A stretch of 64,000 nt of DNA from an uncultured Smithella sp. GTDB taxonomy: Bacteria; Desulfobacterota; Syntrophia; Syntrophales; Smithellaceae. Made by a program: the position numbers and the translations under genes. Under the pieces are notes generated by a model. The model saw only the letters and a program-made list of their open reading frames with translations, did no database searches and was not told the DNA's origin. Positions 54,880 through 64,000 of this stretch are shown piece after piece. Where the stretch lies: positions 37,611 through 101,610 of the forward strand of contig CAZWCA010000002.1 in NCBI GenBank assembly GCA_964632255.1. Direction: 5' to 3'. Positions within the stretch are counted from its first letter, which is position 1. The number at the start of each line of letters is the position of its first letter.

Positions 54880-55301
54880 ATATTTTTTAGTGGAAAGATA
54901 AAAACTCCATTTTAAATAACAATAGGAACCATAAGAGACCATATTTTCGTGAAATTGACATTCACTGCAAAGATTGTAATCTATAACATCATGTAATACA
55001 TATTATGCCCGCTTCATCCGTACTTCCAATTGGTTATTTTTTAACAGGACAAATTAATTTGCTGCCAACCGGACAACTTATTTGCTTCTTACACAGGAAC
55101 CTTCCGGAATTGACAGCATATAAATTTGATGATAATTGGTAAAAACTAAGATTTACTTTAACTCTAACCGGGGCAAGTGATCTTGCCTGCGTTCCTCAGG
55201 CAATGGCCGCCGAGCTCTTTGTCTACCCCGAACCTGTTTATCGACACTGGGCCGAACAGGTCTTAAGACAATAACAATATAATCTTTTTGGTGGGGACAT
55301 T

Positions 55302-56204
55302 ATGGATAGAAGGGATTTTCTTAAAACTGCTCTTATTACCAGTGCAGCTTTGGCTATACCCGGCAATTCAGATATATTAATTGAAGTACTGGAGGCGGCG
55401 GAGAAAACTGATCTCGTTGTCGCTCATGGTCTATCGCCTGCCGCAATAACAAAGGCCGCTATTAACGCTTTAGGCGGAATTAAAGCCTTCATCTCCAGAG
55501 GAGATGTTGTTGTCGTGAAGCCCAATATCGGCTGGGATAGACTTCCGGCCTATGCGGCAACCACAAATCCGGAAGTCGTCTCCACAGTGATCAGCCTGTG
55601 TTACGGAGCCGGGGCTAAGCGGGTGAAGGTTTTTGACAACAGCGTTGCTGATCCGCGGCGCTGCTATAAGCAAAGCGGCATCTCCGCGGCAGCCACGGCA
55701 GCGGGCGGGATAGTCAGTTATGTCGATGAGAGAAAATTTCGCGACATGAAATTACCCGGTGTCGCCCTGAAATCTTGGCCTCTTTACTCCGAAGCTATTG
55801 AGGCCGACAAGTTTATCAATATTCCTATTGCCAAGACCCATGGTCTTTCGAGTCTTACTCTCGGAATGAAAAACCTGATGGGAATCATGGGCGGTTCACG
55901 GGGCAGAATACACCAGCGCATCAATGAGAGTTTGGTGGATCTCGCCATGACCGTCAAACCCACGCTGGTCGTCCTCGACGCCGTGCGGATATTGACGGCG
56001 CATGGTCCGCAGGGAGGGGACCTTGCCGATGTCAAACAGCTCAATACAGTTGTTGCCGGCCGGGATCAGGTGGCCGTCGATGCTTTTGGCGCTACACTCT
56101 TCGGCTTGCAGGGGGTGGACCTGGGCTATGTCAAGGCAGGATCCAAAGCCGGACTGGGAACGATGAATCTATCCAAACTGAAAATCAGGAAAATTAATGT
56201 TTAA
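55302..56204 (+). CDS. Tat-exported DUF362-like protein
   Basis: The twin-arginine signal is MDRRDFLKTALITSAALAIPG. VVVKPNIGW and IAKTHG blocks are recalled from DUF362. This is unverified. Confidence 0.6.
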   Translation: MDRRDFLKTALITSAALAIPGNSDILIEVLEAAEKTDLVVAHGLSPAAITKAAINALGGIKAFISRGDVVVVKPNIGWDRLPAYAATTNPEVVSTVISLCYGAGAKRVKVFDNSVADPRRCYKQSGISAAATAAGGIVSYVDERKFRDMKLPGVALKSWPLYSEAIEADKFINIPIAKTHGLSSLTLGMKNLMGIMGGSRGRIHQRINESLVDLAMTVKPTLVVLDAVRILTAHGPQGGDLADVKQLNTVVAGRDQVAVDAFGATLFGLQGVDLGYVKAGSKAGLGTMNLSKLKIRKINV

Positions 56205-56282
56205 CTTTTCGGCGAGACGCCGCCTGCTCGTTATATTAAGTTCCTACAGCTATAAAGGCAATCAACCGCTGTAAAGATTTTT

Positions 56283-57833
56283 ATGATCAAAAAAATTCGC
56301 ATAATAACGCAGGGATTTTTTTTACTGACATTTTTGTGGCTCTTTCTACAGACCGAATCAAAGGGCGCCGACGACCTTGGTTATCCAGTTAAAATATTCC
56401 TGGATGCCGATCCTCTTCTTTTTATAACCACAATTCTGTCCAGCCGTGCATGGTATCATGCTTTTTTCCTGGCTGTTGCGGTTATAATTGCCACTGTCTT
56501 TTTGGGGCGTGTTTTCTGCGGCTGGGTATGTCCGCTGGGTACTCTCAATAATATGGCGGGCACGCTGCAAAAACGGCGTTCCCGAAGAGCACCCTTAAAC
56601 TGGCACTGGCTGAAATATTGCGTTCTGATCTTTCTAATTACCGTGTCTCTTTTTTCCTGGCAAGCGGCAGGACTTGTCGATCCCATTTCGCTCCTTATTC
56701 GTTCGCTTTCATTGTCTGTTTATCCAATGATGTCATATGCGACCAGGACTGTATTTGATTTCTTCTATGAGCTGAATATCCCTTTTCTTGTCAATATCTC
56801 CGAATTTTTCTATTCACTTTTCAAGAAAACGTGGCTTCCTTTTCAGCAGCCATTTTTTTTCCAAAGCGCTTTTGTGGGGCTGTTATTCTTTACCATATTA
56901 GGCCTGAATCTTCTGGAGAAGCGTTTCTGGTGTAAATATCTCTGCCCTCTGGGCGCTCTTCTCGGGCTGTTCTCGCGTTATGCCTTTCTGCAAAGGTCGG
57001 TGAGCGAAGGCTGTAATTCATGCGGCGCTTGTGATTTTTACTGTCAGGGCGGCGCCTCTCCTGATCAAAAAGAAAAATGGCAGAAATCGGAATGTTTGGC
57101 CTGTATGAATTGCGATGATATTTGTCCGCAAAACGCCGTTCATTTTGGATTTATCCAAAAACCGCACACTGCATCTGTAGACTTGGGTAAAAGAAGAGTC
57201 GTCGGTATGATTTTGTCAGGCCTGGCCGCCGTACCGCTGGTAAGGATTTCGGCAATCAACAAACAGGTTAGTGCCGCGGAGCCTAAATTAATCCGGCCGC
57301 CGGGATCTCTTGATGAGAAGCAGTTTCTGGCCAGATGTGTAAAATGCGGCGAATGTATGAAAGTCTGTATTACCAACGGCCTCCAACCGACGTTTCTGGA
57401 GGCGGGAATTGAGGGACTTTGGTCACCGGTCCTCATTCCGCGGATCGGTTATTGTGAATACCGTTGCACACTTTGCGGTCAGGTCTGCCCGACCGGGGCG
57501 ATAAAACAATTGAAGCCGCCCGAAAGAGAGAAAATCAAGATAGGTCTGGCGATGATTGATAAAGGGAGATGTCTTCCCTATGCCCATGCCACACCTTGCC
57601 TTGTTTGCCAGGAAGTCTGTCCCGTCCCGAAGAAAGCTATCTGGCTGGAAAAGGCCAAGGTGATGAATAGAAACGGGAATCTAATAATCTTAAATCAACC
57701 GCATGTTGATCCGGAACTATGTATCGGCTGCGGCATCTGTGAGGCAAAATGTCCTCTTCTTGACCAGGCAGCAATTTATGTGAGCAGTATCGGCGAGACG
57801 CGCTCCAAAGATAATAAGTTGTTACTGTCATGA
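56283..57833 (+). CDS. Membrane-anchored polyferredoxin (NapH/NosR-like 4Fe-4S protein)
   Basis: There are several N-terminal TM helices with CGWVCPLG and CKYLCPLG motifs. Multiple CxxCxxCxxxCP clusters follow: CLACMNCDDICP, CVKCGECMKVC, CTLCGQVCP, CLVCQEVCP and CIGCGICEAKCP. Confidence 0.75.
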   Translation: MIKKIRIITQGFFLLTFLWLFLQTESKGADDLGYPVKIFLDADPLLFITTILSSRAWYHAFFLAVAVIIATVFLGRVFCGWVCPLGTLNNMAGTLQKRRSRRAPLNWHWLKYCVLIFLITVSLFSWQAAGLVDPISLLIRSLSLSVYPMMSYATRTVFDFFYELNIPFLVNISEFFYSLFKKTWLPFQQPFFFQSAFVGLLFFTILGLNLLEKRFWCKYLCPLGALLGLFSRYAFLQRSVSEGCNSCGACDFYCQGGASPDQKEKWQKSECLACMNCDDICPQNAVHFGFIQKPHTASVDLGKRRVVGMILSGLAAVPLVRISAINKQVSAAEPKLIRPPGSLDEKQFLARCVKCGECMKVCITNGLQPTFLEAGIEGLWSPVLIPRIGYCEYRCTLCGQVCPTGAIKQLKPPEREKIKIGLAMIDKGRCLPYAHATPCLVCQEVCPVPKKAIWLEKAKVMNRNGNLIILNQPHVDPELCIGCGICEAKCPLLDQAAIYVSSIGETRSKDNKLLLS

Positions 57834-57844
57834 CAGGACAGTCT

Positions 57845-57887
57845 CAAACAGAAAAAGAAAAGGACTTAACCGTGTTTGGCTAAGTCC
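57845..57887 (-). terminator. Terminator downstream of tRNA-Phe
   Basis: On the minus strand the GGACTTA...TAAGTCC hairpin is followed by TTTTCTTTTTC. Confidence 0.5.
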
Positions 57888-57897
57888 CTGATATAAA

Positions 57898-57973
57898 TGG
57901 TGGGTCAGGACAGAATTGAACTGTCGACACTCGGATTTTCAGTCCGATGCTCTACCGACTGAGCTACCGACCC
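57898..57973 (-). tRNA. tRNA-Phe (anticodon GAA), CCA encoded
   Basis: The reverse complement is GGGTCGGTAGCTCAGTCGGTAGAGCATCGGACTGAAAATCCGAGTGTCGACAGTTCAATTCTGTCCTGACCCACCA. The anticodon loop is CTGAAAA. The sequence is collinear with my recollection of E. coli tRNA-Phe. Confidence 0.9.
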
Positions 57974-58033
57974 GCAGATTTATGGAAAGTCTTGTAAGAG
58001 CACATTTTTGTCTATAAAATATAGGTTCTTTTG

Positions 58034-58648
58034 TCAAGGTGTTTTTTGCTCATCATTTGCCGATTGATCAGCCGTGGCCCTGCTTTCTCCTGTCGCAGGT
58101 TCACCATGCTTTTCCCCGCTTTGTTGATCGGGATTTGCCTCCGGTATTGTCAGTCCGGCAGCGGTATCATTTTCGTCAGACCGGATAATAACCACGGTTC
58201 CCGCGATCTTGTCATGCCATGCCTGTTTTCGTTTATCAAAAGCTGCCCAGATGAAACCAAGAGGAAATATAAAAAACAAACTTGAGACAATATAACCGAC
58301 GGCTCTTAAAAAAGAAATGCCAAAGTTAATGGGAATCCCTTCATCCATTAAAACCTGCAAACCGAGCAGCTTTTTTCCCGGCGTGCGGCCATTGATTCCG
58401 TGAAAGTAGGTAAAATAAACAATAGATATGATAATATATATTATCCCTATACCGAGGGAAATGGAGGTGATGCGTGCCGGATCAGTTAAATCAGTAAGCC
58501 ATGCATGGCTGTTGCTGGAAATGGAACCAAAAACAAATGCTGTAGTAACGATTATCGTCAGGATAATAAATATAAAATTAATGATGATATTATCAATTGT
58601 ATATGCAACAAACCGCCGCCAAAAACCTGCAAATTTATAGGTAGCCAC
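58034..58648 (-). CDS. RDD-family membrane protein
   Basis: The N-terminal YKFAGFWRRFVAYTIDNII, three TM helices and a late AWHDKIAGTVVI block fit the RDD pattern. Confidence 0.7.
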   Translation of the reverse strand: MATYKFAGFWRRFVAYTIDNIIINFIFIILTIIVTTAFVFGSISSNSHAWLTDLTDPARITSISLGIGIIYIIISIVYFTYFHGINGRTPGKKLLGLQVLMDEGIPINFGISFLRAVGYIVSSLFFIFPLGFIWAAFDKRKQAWHDKIAGTVVIIRSDENDTAAGLTIPEANPDQQSGEKHGEPATGESRATADQSANDEQKTP

Positions 58649-58651
58649 TTT

Positions 58652-59419
58652 TTATCTCCTTGATGATCTTTTGCTGAAAATTCCTTTTTCGTACTGGATT
58701 ATGGAAATTATGGCTAATGCCACTGTTTCTACCTTGAGGATTTGCTTTCCCAAACTGACAGGGATGAAGCCTGCTTCTTTTGCCTCGTGGATTTCATCCC
58801 GGTTGAATCCGCCTTCCGGTCCGATAATGATAAAAATATTCTTGGTTTGTTCCCATGTTTGATCAGAAAATATATCTTTGATATACGTTTTATCTTCTTC
58901 TTCCCAGAAAATCATTTTAAGTGTCTGCTTGTCAGCATGATTAAGCATAGCTTCAAGAGATGCAACCGGTAAGACATTCGTAATTTGTGAACTTCGGCAA
59001 CAGCGGGCGGCCTCGCGGGCAATCTTTTGCCAGCGGGCGGTTTTCGACACAATTTTTTCACCGGTTATGCGGCTGACCGAGCGCGCCGCAGTAAAAGGAA
59101 TGATTACATCGGCGCCCAGTTCTGCCGCCCCACGGACGATAACATCCATTTTACCCGCTTTAGGAAGGGCCTGACCTAATGTGATTTTTACGTCGCGATC
59201 AAAGGTCTCGATCTGTTTGCCTAATTCTAAAAAAACACTGTCTGGGGAAAAGTTTTTAATGACAGCTTCAAACTCCTGACCGCAACTGTCAAAGACTTTT
59301 ACGGGATCACCTTGCTCCAGGCGCAAAACCTGCTTTAGATATTTCAGATTATCCTGCCCCAGTTCACAAAGCTTATCTTTTTCAAGAGCAATCGGACTAT
59401 AGATTCTGGGTATGGTCAA
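58652..59419 (-). CDS. rsmE: 16S rRNA (uracil1498-N3)-methyltransferase RsmE
   Basis: 255 aa. KYLKQVLRLEQGDPVKVFD is PUA-like. The C-terminal IIIGPEGGF ... LGKQILKVETVA fits the SPOUT knot. Confidence 0.8.
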   Translation of the reverse strand: MTIPRIYSPIALEKDKLCELGQDNLKYLKQVLRLEQGDPVKVFDSCGQEFEAVIKNFSPDSVFLELGKQIETFDRDVKITLGQALPKAGKMDVIVRGAAELGADVIIPFTAARSVSRITGEKIVSKTARWQKIAREAARCCRSSQITNVLPVASLEAMLNHADKQTLKMIFWEEEDKTYIKDIFSDQTWEQTKNIFIIIGPEGGFNRDEIHEAKEAGFIPVSLGKQILKVETVALAIISIIQYEKGIFSKRSSRR

Positions 59420-59490
59420 GGTTTTGATTTACCTCTCGGAAGCATCAGTACTGCAGCGAATTGTTGGATGAAATAAATAATCTCCGTAAG

Positions 59491-60444
59491 TTATGCAGCT
59501 TTCTCTTTTTTGAATACGTAACAGACCCATTCTTTTTCGGCGATCTTTCTATTTTGAATCAAGGGAGAGACGGAAAAATTATCTTCTATCTCGCTCATAT
59601 CCTGCTCGATGATGCCGGAAATGATCAGATACCCTTCCGGTTCAAGCAATTGTATTAAGTGTTTGCGCAGTTTTAAAAGTAATTTGGATGTTAAATTGGC
59701 GATGATTAAATTTCGCTGTTCATTGATAACCGTTGCATCTTCGTTAATAATCTGCAGATGGTTGGAAACCAGATTTATAACTGCGTTTTCCTTTGCAATT
59801 TCCGTGGCTTGTTGATCGTTATCCAGACAAATTACATCCTGGGCTCCAAGTTTTGCGGCAGTTATCCCCAAGATGCCCGTACCACAGCCGACATCAAGCA
59901 CTTTCCAGTTTGCAACTTTGCGGTCTTTCATGATTATGTCTTCCAGTGCTTCAATGCACATTCTGGTGGATGCATGCTGACCGGTCCCGAAGGCCATTCC
60001 GGGATCAATATCAATGACAATGTCACGGCTCGACGGTGTATATCTTTCCCAGGTCGGTTTAATGATAATGTTACTGCTGACACGGATCGGTTTGAAATAT
60101 TTCTTCCACTGTTCTCCCCAATCCGGATCAGTGATAATTTCTGTTGTTAAAACGGGTGCCGGAAGATCGGAAAATATTTCGTTCAGGCTTTTTAGATATT
60201 TTTCTATAGCAGCAACCCGCTTTTCACTCCGTACATCCTGCGGAAAATAAGCTTTTATTGATTCGCAGACAGGTACTTCCGCTTCTTCCGTCAAATCGTC
60301 CGGAAATGGCGGTGGTGATGATTCTTGAAACACACCTTGAGCACCTGTTTCCGTGAGGAAATTTCCCAGGGCATCCATTAATTCCCCACTTGCCACAATT
60401 TCAATTTTCAGCCATTTTTCCGGTTCTTTTCCAGTCATGAACAA
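59491..60444 (-). CDS. prmA: Ribosomal protein L11 methyltransferase PrmA
   Basis: IDPGMAFGTGQHASTRMC and VLDVGCGTGILGI are present. Confidence 0.85.
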   Translation of the reverse strand: MFMTGKEPEKWLKIEIVASGELMDALGNFLTETGAQGVFQESSPPPFPDDLTEEAEVPVCESIKAYFPQDVRSEKRVAAIEKYLKSLNEIFSDLPAPVLTTEIITDPDWGEQWKKYFKPIRVSSNIIIKPTWERYTPSSRDIVIDIDPGMAFGTGQHASTRMCIEALEDIIMKDRKVANWKVLDVGCGTGILGITAAKLGAQDVICLDNDQQATEIAKENAVINLVSNHLQIINEDATVINEQRNLIIANLTSKLLLKLRKHLIQLLEPEGYLIISGIIEQDMSEIEDNFSVSPLIQNRKIAEKEWVCYVFKKEKAA

Positions 60445-60722
60445 ACCTAATCTTAAGTTAAATCTACTTTATTTTTGATTTGACTATAGCTTCTTTCAAT
60501 TAATATTTCAAGCGGGCCTTAAATATACTTTGTTTTTTGCTGTTTTCAAAAAAGATGTTGAATATTTGACGCTGCTTCTAAAGGGTGAGGTCAAAAAGCA
60601 ACAAATTATTATTTTTCATATCGATATATCTGTTCACCGGCTTGAAATTTAACTTTCTTCGTGATAGCTTCTTTCCGCAATTAAATAAGCAAATGCTTAT
60701 ATTGCAGTTTGGAAGGAAAATC

Positions 60723-61358
60723 TTGAAATTCTATCCCGTTTTTTTTAACATCTCGGGCAAAAAATGCGTTGTGGTCGGCGGCGGCGGTGTGGCCGCAAGA
60801 AAGGTTGGAATGCTGCTTGGCTGCGGCGCTAAAGTCGTTGTCGTGAGCCCGAAGCTTACCCCGGAACTAATAGAACTGAAGACTGAAAATGCCATAGAGC
60901 ATGTCGCTGAGAATTACAATGTTCAATATATTAAAGATGCTGTGCTCATTATCGGGGCGACAAACGATGATAAAACCAATTCAGCAATTTCTTTAGATGG
61001 CCGAAGTCTGGGAATTCCGGTAAATATAGTTGACGATCCGCAAAAGTGTGATTTTATTCTACCCTCTGTTGTAGAAAGAGGTGATCTGACCATAGCTGTC
61101 AGCACCGGAGGTAAATCTCCCGCACTGGCGCGGTACCTGCGTGAAAAACTCGAAGCCGCGTACGGCGAAGAATATGGAATCCTGCTTCATTTGTTGGGCC
61201 GGTTAAGGGAAAAGATGGAGAAGAATGCCGGTGTCGGCAAAGTCTGGTTTGATGAATTGATGGCCGCCGGCCTGTTGGAAGCGGTCCGGCAAAAGGAATG
61301 GAGCAAAGTGAAGGAAATTATTTCAAATATTACCGGCGAGGAGGTAACCCTTGAGTAG
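60723..61358 (+). CDS. sirC: Precorrin-2 dehydrogenase / sirohydrochlorin ferrochelatase (SirC / CysG N-domain)
   Basis: A TTG at 60723 follows GGAAGGA. (M)KFYPVFFNISGKKCVVVGGGGVAARKV is the canonical N-terminus. The track start at 60585 adds 46 non-homologous residues. Confidence 0.8.
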   Translation: MKFYPVFFNISGKKCVVVGGGGVAARKVGMLLGCGAKVVVVSPKLTPELIELKTENAIEHVAENYNVQYIKDAVLIIGATNDDKTNSAISLDGRSLGIPVNIVDDPQKCDFILPSVVERGDLTIAVSTGGKSPALARYLREKLEAAYGEEYGILLHLLGRLREKMEKNAGVGKVWFDELMAAGLLEAVRQKEWSKVKEIISNITGEEVTLE

Positions 61359-62175
61359 TTGGGCAATGATCATGTTTGATTTGGCATTGGGATGCTGCGC
61401 CCTGGCAACTGCGGGATATCTGCTGTCATTGCTGGTAAAAAAAATTGTTTTGGCGAAGGCATCTACCTGGATACTAGGGGGAGGCTTTCTTTTTCTAACC
61501 CTGAACCTGATCGGAGCCGCCGCTGGTTCTGCAGGCTGGACCACTTTTGGCTCGCGCCATTTTTTGTCGATTTATGCATGGGCGATAGCCTGTATTTATC
61601 TGGTATTGCAATTTAAAACCAAAACCCGACTGCTGGGTGCATTCATTGCACCGTTTATTCTACTGTTTTTGATAACGGCGGCGGGTTCGGGAGCGGATAA
61701 GAACCTTGTCCCCCGTGAGTGGCAGAGCGGGCTTACGACATTTCATTTAATCGTTGCGATTTCCGGCGAGGCCCTTTTCGTCCTCGCCTCGGCAGCCGGA
61801 GCAATGTTCATGATTCAAAACAGCTTTTTGAAACACAAAAAACTGGGCTCACTGGGACGACTGCTGCCGTCGCTTGGTGATTTGGACCGGATCAATCATC
61901 TGGGATTGCTGTGGGGATTCCCTCTGCTGACCATCGGCATGATCGGCGGGGCGGTATACGCCGCGTTTGCCTGGGGCAGCCTCTGGGTTTTAGATCCGAA
62001 AGTAATTTGGTCATTGGCTGTCTGGATAATCTATGGTTTTTTGCTGCATCAGCGGCTGGCCATCGGCTGGAAGGGATTCAAAATGGCGGCCTGGTCCTGT
62101 ACCGTTTTTGTATTGTTTTTATTTTCAGCTCTGCTGATCGGATTTTGTTTTCCAACAGTGCATAAATTCATATAA
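61351..62175 (+). CDS. CcsA/HemX-like cytochrome-c-assembly-family membrane protein
   Basis: 274 aa, about 8 TM helices, with the Trp-rich WGSLWVLDPKVIWSLAVW. It occupies the position between sirC and hemA, as HemX does in hemAX-type operons. Confidence 0.65.
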   Translation: MSSWAMIMFDLALGCCALATAGYLLSLLVKKIVLAKASTWILGGGFLFLTLNLIGAAAGSAGWTTFGSRHFLSIYAWAIACIYLVLQFKTKTRLLGAFIAPFILLFLITAAGSGADKNLVPREWQSGLTTFHLIVAISGEALFVLASAAGAMFMIQNSFLKHKKLGSLGRLLPSLGDLDRINHLGLLWGFPLLTIGMIGGAVYAAFAWGSLWVLDPKVIWSLAVWIIYGFLLHQRLAIGWKGFKMAAWSCTVFVLFLFSALLIGFCFPTVHKFI

Positions 62176-62178
62176 AAG

Positions 62179-63441
62179 ATGATAGTATTAGTCGGATTAA
62201 ATCATAAAACAGCGCCACTCAGTGTGCGCGAGAAACTTTCTACCGGATGCTGGGAAAAGACCGGTCTGCTCAGTGACCTGCGCGCCGTCGAGGGCGTACG
62301 GGAGATCCTGCACCTTTCCACCTGCAACCGCGTGGAACTGATCGCTTCTGTGGAAGACACGCCGGATATTTTAAATAACCTCAAGTCCTGGCTTGCCCGC
62401 TTCGGCGGACTTACCGAAAGTGAAGCTGCATCCTGCCTGTACGGCTACCGCAATGAAGAGGCCATCCGGCATCTGTTCCGGGTCGCCTCCAGTCTCGATT
62501 CACTGATAATGGGCGAAGCTCAAATACTGGGACAAGTCAAGGAAGCCTACCGGCTGGCACTGGAAGCAAATTTTACCGGCCTTGCTTTAAACCGGCTCAT
62601 GCACCGAGCATTCCGGACCGCCAAACGTGTCCGCACGGAAACAGGCATTGCCGCCAATCCGGTTTCCGTGAGCTTTGCTGCTGTGGAACTGGCCAAAAAG
62701 ATATTTGGTACATTATCCGGTAAAAAAGTACTGATAATAGGGGCGGGGGAAATGGCTGAACTGACCGTAACTCATCTCATCGGCAACGGGGCGGAAGAAA
62801 TTACAGTTGCCAACCGGACGGTTACACAGGCCACTCTGCTTGCGGAAAAATACAGCGGTAAAGCTATAGGACTGGATGCCCTCGAAGAAACACTTGGCAA
62901 TACCGATATCGTTATCAGTTCCACCGGCGCGCCAAACCACATCGTGACTGAAGAAATGATCCACCGTTGTTTGCACCGGCGCAAAAACCATCTTTTGTTT
63001 CTGATCGATATTGCCGTGCCTCGCGACATCGATCCTGCGGTGGATGACATCGATAATGTCTATCTGTACAATATCGACAATCTGCAGGATATCGTTGACG
63101 AAAACATAAAAAATCGCCGCCGTGAAGCACTCAAAGCGGAAGAAATTGTCGACGAAGAAGTAATGCTTTATACCAAATGGGTAAAAGAGCTGGAAGCCGT
63201 GCCCACAATAGTTTCTCTCAGGAGCAAAGCCGACGGCATAGTAAAGATGGAGATGATCAAAGCCCAGAGTTGGCTGGCGAAGCTTGAAAACGGTAACCGG
63301 GAAAAAGTGGACGCCCTGGTTAATGGCATCGTGAACAAGATCCTGCACGCACCAATGGCCGTAATGAAAGAAGAAAGCAACGGAAATAACTCGCAGGATA
63401 TGGTGGCCGCGGTTCGGCAGCTCTTTCGTCTTGATGACTAA
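62179..63441 (+). CDS. hemA: Glutamyl-tRNA reductase
   Basis: MIVLVGLNHKTAPLSVREKL, the active-site Cys context HLSTCNRVEL, and LIIGAGEMAEL are present. Confidence 0.92.
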   Translation: MIVLVGLNHKTAPLSVREKLSTGCWEKTGLLSDLRAVEGVREILHLSTCNRVELIASVEDTPDILNNLKSWLARFGGLTESEAASCLYGYRNEEAIRHLFRVASSLDSLIMGEAQILGQVKEAYRLALEANFTGLALNRLMHRAFRTAKRVRTETGIAANPVSVSFAAVELAKKIFGTLSGKKVLIIGAGEMAELTVTHLIGNGAEEITVANRTVTQATLLAEKYSGKAIGLDALEETLGNTDIVISSTGAPNHIVTEEMIHRCLHRRKNHLLFLIDIAVPRDIDPAVDDIDNVYLYNIDNLQDIVDENIKNRRREALKAEEIVDEEVMLYTKWVKELEAVPTIVSLRSKADGIVKMEMIKAQSWLAKLENGNREKVDALVNGIVNKILHAPMAVMKEESNGNNSQDMVAAVRQLFRLDD

Positions 63442-63461
63442 TTAAATACAAAAGGTAGGAA

Positions 63462-64000
63462 ATGAGTATAAAAATTGGAACGCGCGGCAGCAAACTGGCC
63501 CTGGTACAAGCCAACACAGTCGTAGAAAATCTCCGGAAAATAGCCCCGGAAACAACAACCGAGATCTGCATTATCAAAACCAGCGGGGATATCATGCAGA
63601 ATGTTTCGTTGCTGAAAATCGGGGGACAGGGTGCCTTTGTTAAAGAAATAGAAGAGGCCCTGCTTTCCGGAACCGTGGATCTGGCCGTGCACAGCATGAA
63701 AGATGTTCCCGGAGAAATGCCGGACGCTCTGACTATTGCTGCTGTTCTGCCACGGGAAGATGTGCGTGATATTCTAGTTTCCCGCGATAACGTCAAACTC
63801 GAATTTATGCCCAGGGGAGCGAGGATTGGTACCGGATCACTGCGGCGGGGCGCTCAGATTCAGGCAATGATGCCCGATGTGGAAATAGTGCCGTTGCGCG
63901 GCAATGTCGACACCCGTTTGAAAAAGATCGAAACCGAAAACCTTATGGGGGTGATCCTGGCCGCGGCGGGAATGAAACGACTGGGCTATGCGCAAAAAAT
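63462..64000 (+). CDS. hemC: Hydroxymethylbilane synthase (porphobilinogen deaminase), 5' part; runs off the right edge
   Basis: Hand translation gives MSIKIGTRGSKLALVQANTVVENLRKIAPETTTEICIIKTSGD ... GTVDLAVHSMKDVP. It is not in the ORF track because there is no stop in the window. Confidence 0.9.
   Translation, partial: MSIKIGTRGSKLALVQANTVVENLRKIAPETTTEICIIKTSGDIMQNVSLLKIGGQGAFVKEIEEALLSGTVDLAVHSMKDVPGEMPDALTIAAVLPREDVRDILVSRDNVKLEFMPRGARIGTGSLRRGAQIQAMMPDVEIVPLRGNVDTRLKKIETENLMGVILAAAGMKRLGYAQK

Noticed and set aside
55071-55086. Sigma54 (-24/-12) promoter call for GGACAACTTATTTGC
   Set aside because: The GG-to-GC spacing is 11 nt here and 12 nt in the upstream copy, against the canonical 10. 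It is reported only as a repeat motif.
62713-63348. 211-aa antisense ORF inside hemA, and similar long shadow ORFs elsewhere (for example 35809..36327, 42857..43300, 16708..17220, 11546..11962, 63320..63796)
   Set aside because: They lie entirely antisense to or overlapping genes with strong family motifs, and they have biased, low-complexity composition. These are typical shadow ORFs.
1-64000. CRISPR arrays, rRNA genes and intact IS elements or transposases
   Set aside because: Reading the intergenic regions showed no regularly spaced 25-40-bp repeats, no rRNA-like sequence, and no DDE/HUH transposase motif. The only repeats are the short clusters reported above.

Overview
This 64-kb chromosomal window is probably from a Desulfobacterota-type anaerobe. 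That assignment is inferred only from gene content: PEP-CTERM protein, Tat-DUF362 plus polyferredoxin, and sirC-ccsA-like-hemA-hemC. The window has four blocks.

(i) 1-7.85 kb is an AT-rich genomic island abutting the 3' end of tRNA-Ala(CGC). It has one intact and one truncated P4-type integrase. Its cargo is the start of a DUF262 gene (cut by the window edge), a Hachiman-like HamA/HamB pair, and an orphan receiver/coiled-coil/2-TM protein. It also holds several short repeat clusters and a GC-rich non-coding patch.

(ii) 8-18 kb holds chromosomal genes: two PilT-family ATPases plus a receiver-like protein, a TPR protein, a HesB-like protein, a secreted transglutaminase-like protein, a PEP-CTERM/DUF4114 protein, a methyltransferase and an M24 peptidase.

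(iii) 18.4-53.9 kb is a ~35-kb, almost unidirectional (minus strand) Wzm/Wzt ABC-transporter-type glycan locus. It is unusually rich in methyltransferase-type genes (about ten). It also contains heptose/NDP-sugar genes, a split transketolase, an AsnB-type amidotransferase, and a polyprenyl-phosphate GT2 next to a 991-aa polytopic membrane protein.

(iv) 54.6-64 kb holds a zinc-ribbon protein, Tat-DUF362 plus a membrane polyferredoxin, tRNA-Phe(GAA), an RDD protein, rsmE, prmA and the start of a heme operon.

I saw no rRNA, CRISPR array or intact IS element. The best candidates for something undescribed are the receiver-2TM orphan next to Hachiman, the GC-rich patch upstream of hamA, and a ~55-aa helical module shared by the Wzt ATPase and two methyltransferases. 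All functional calls rest on motifs read by eye, because no database search was possible.
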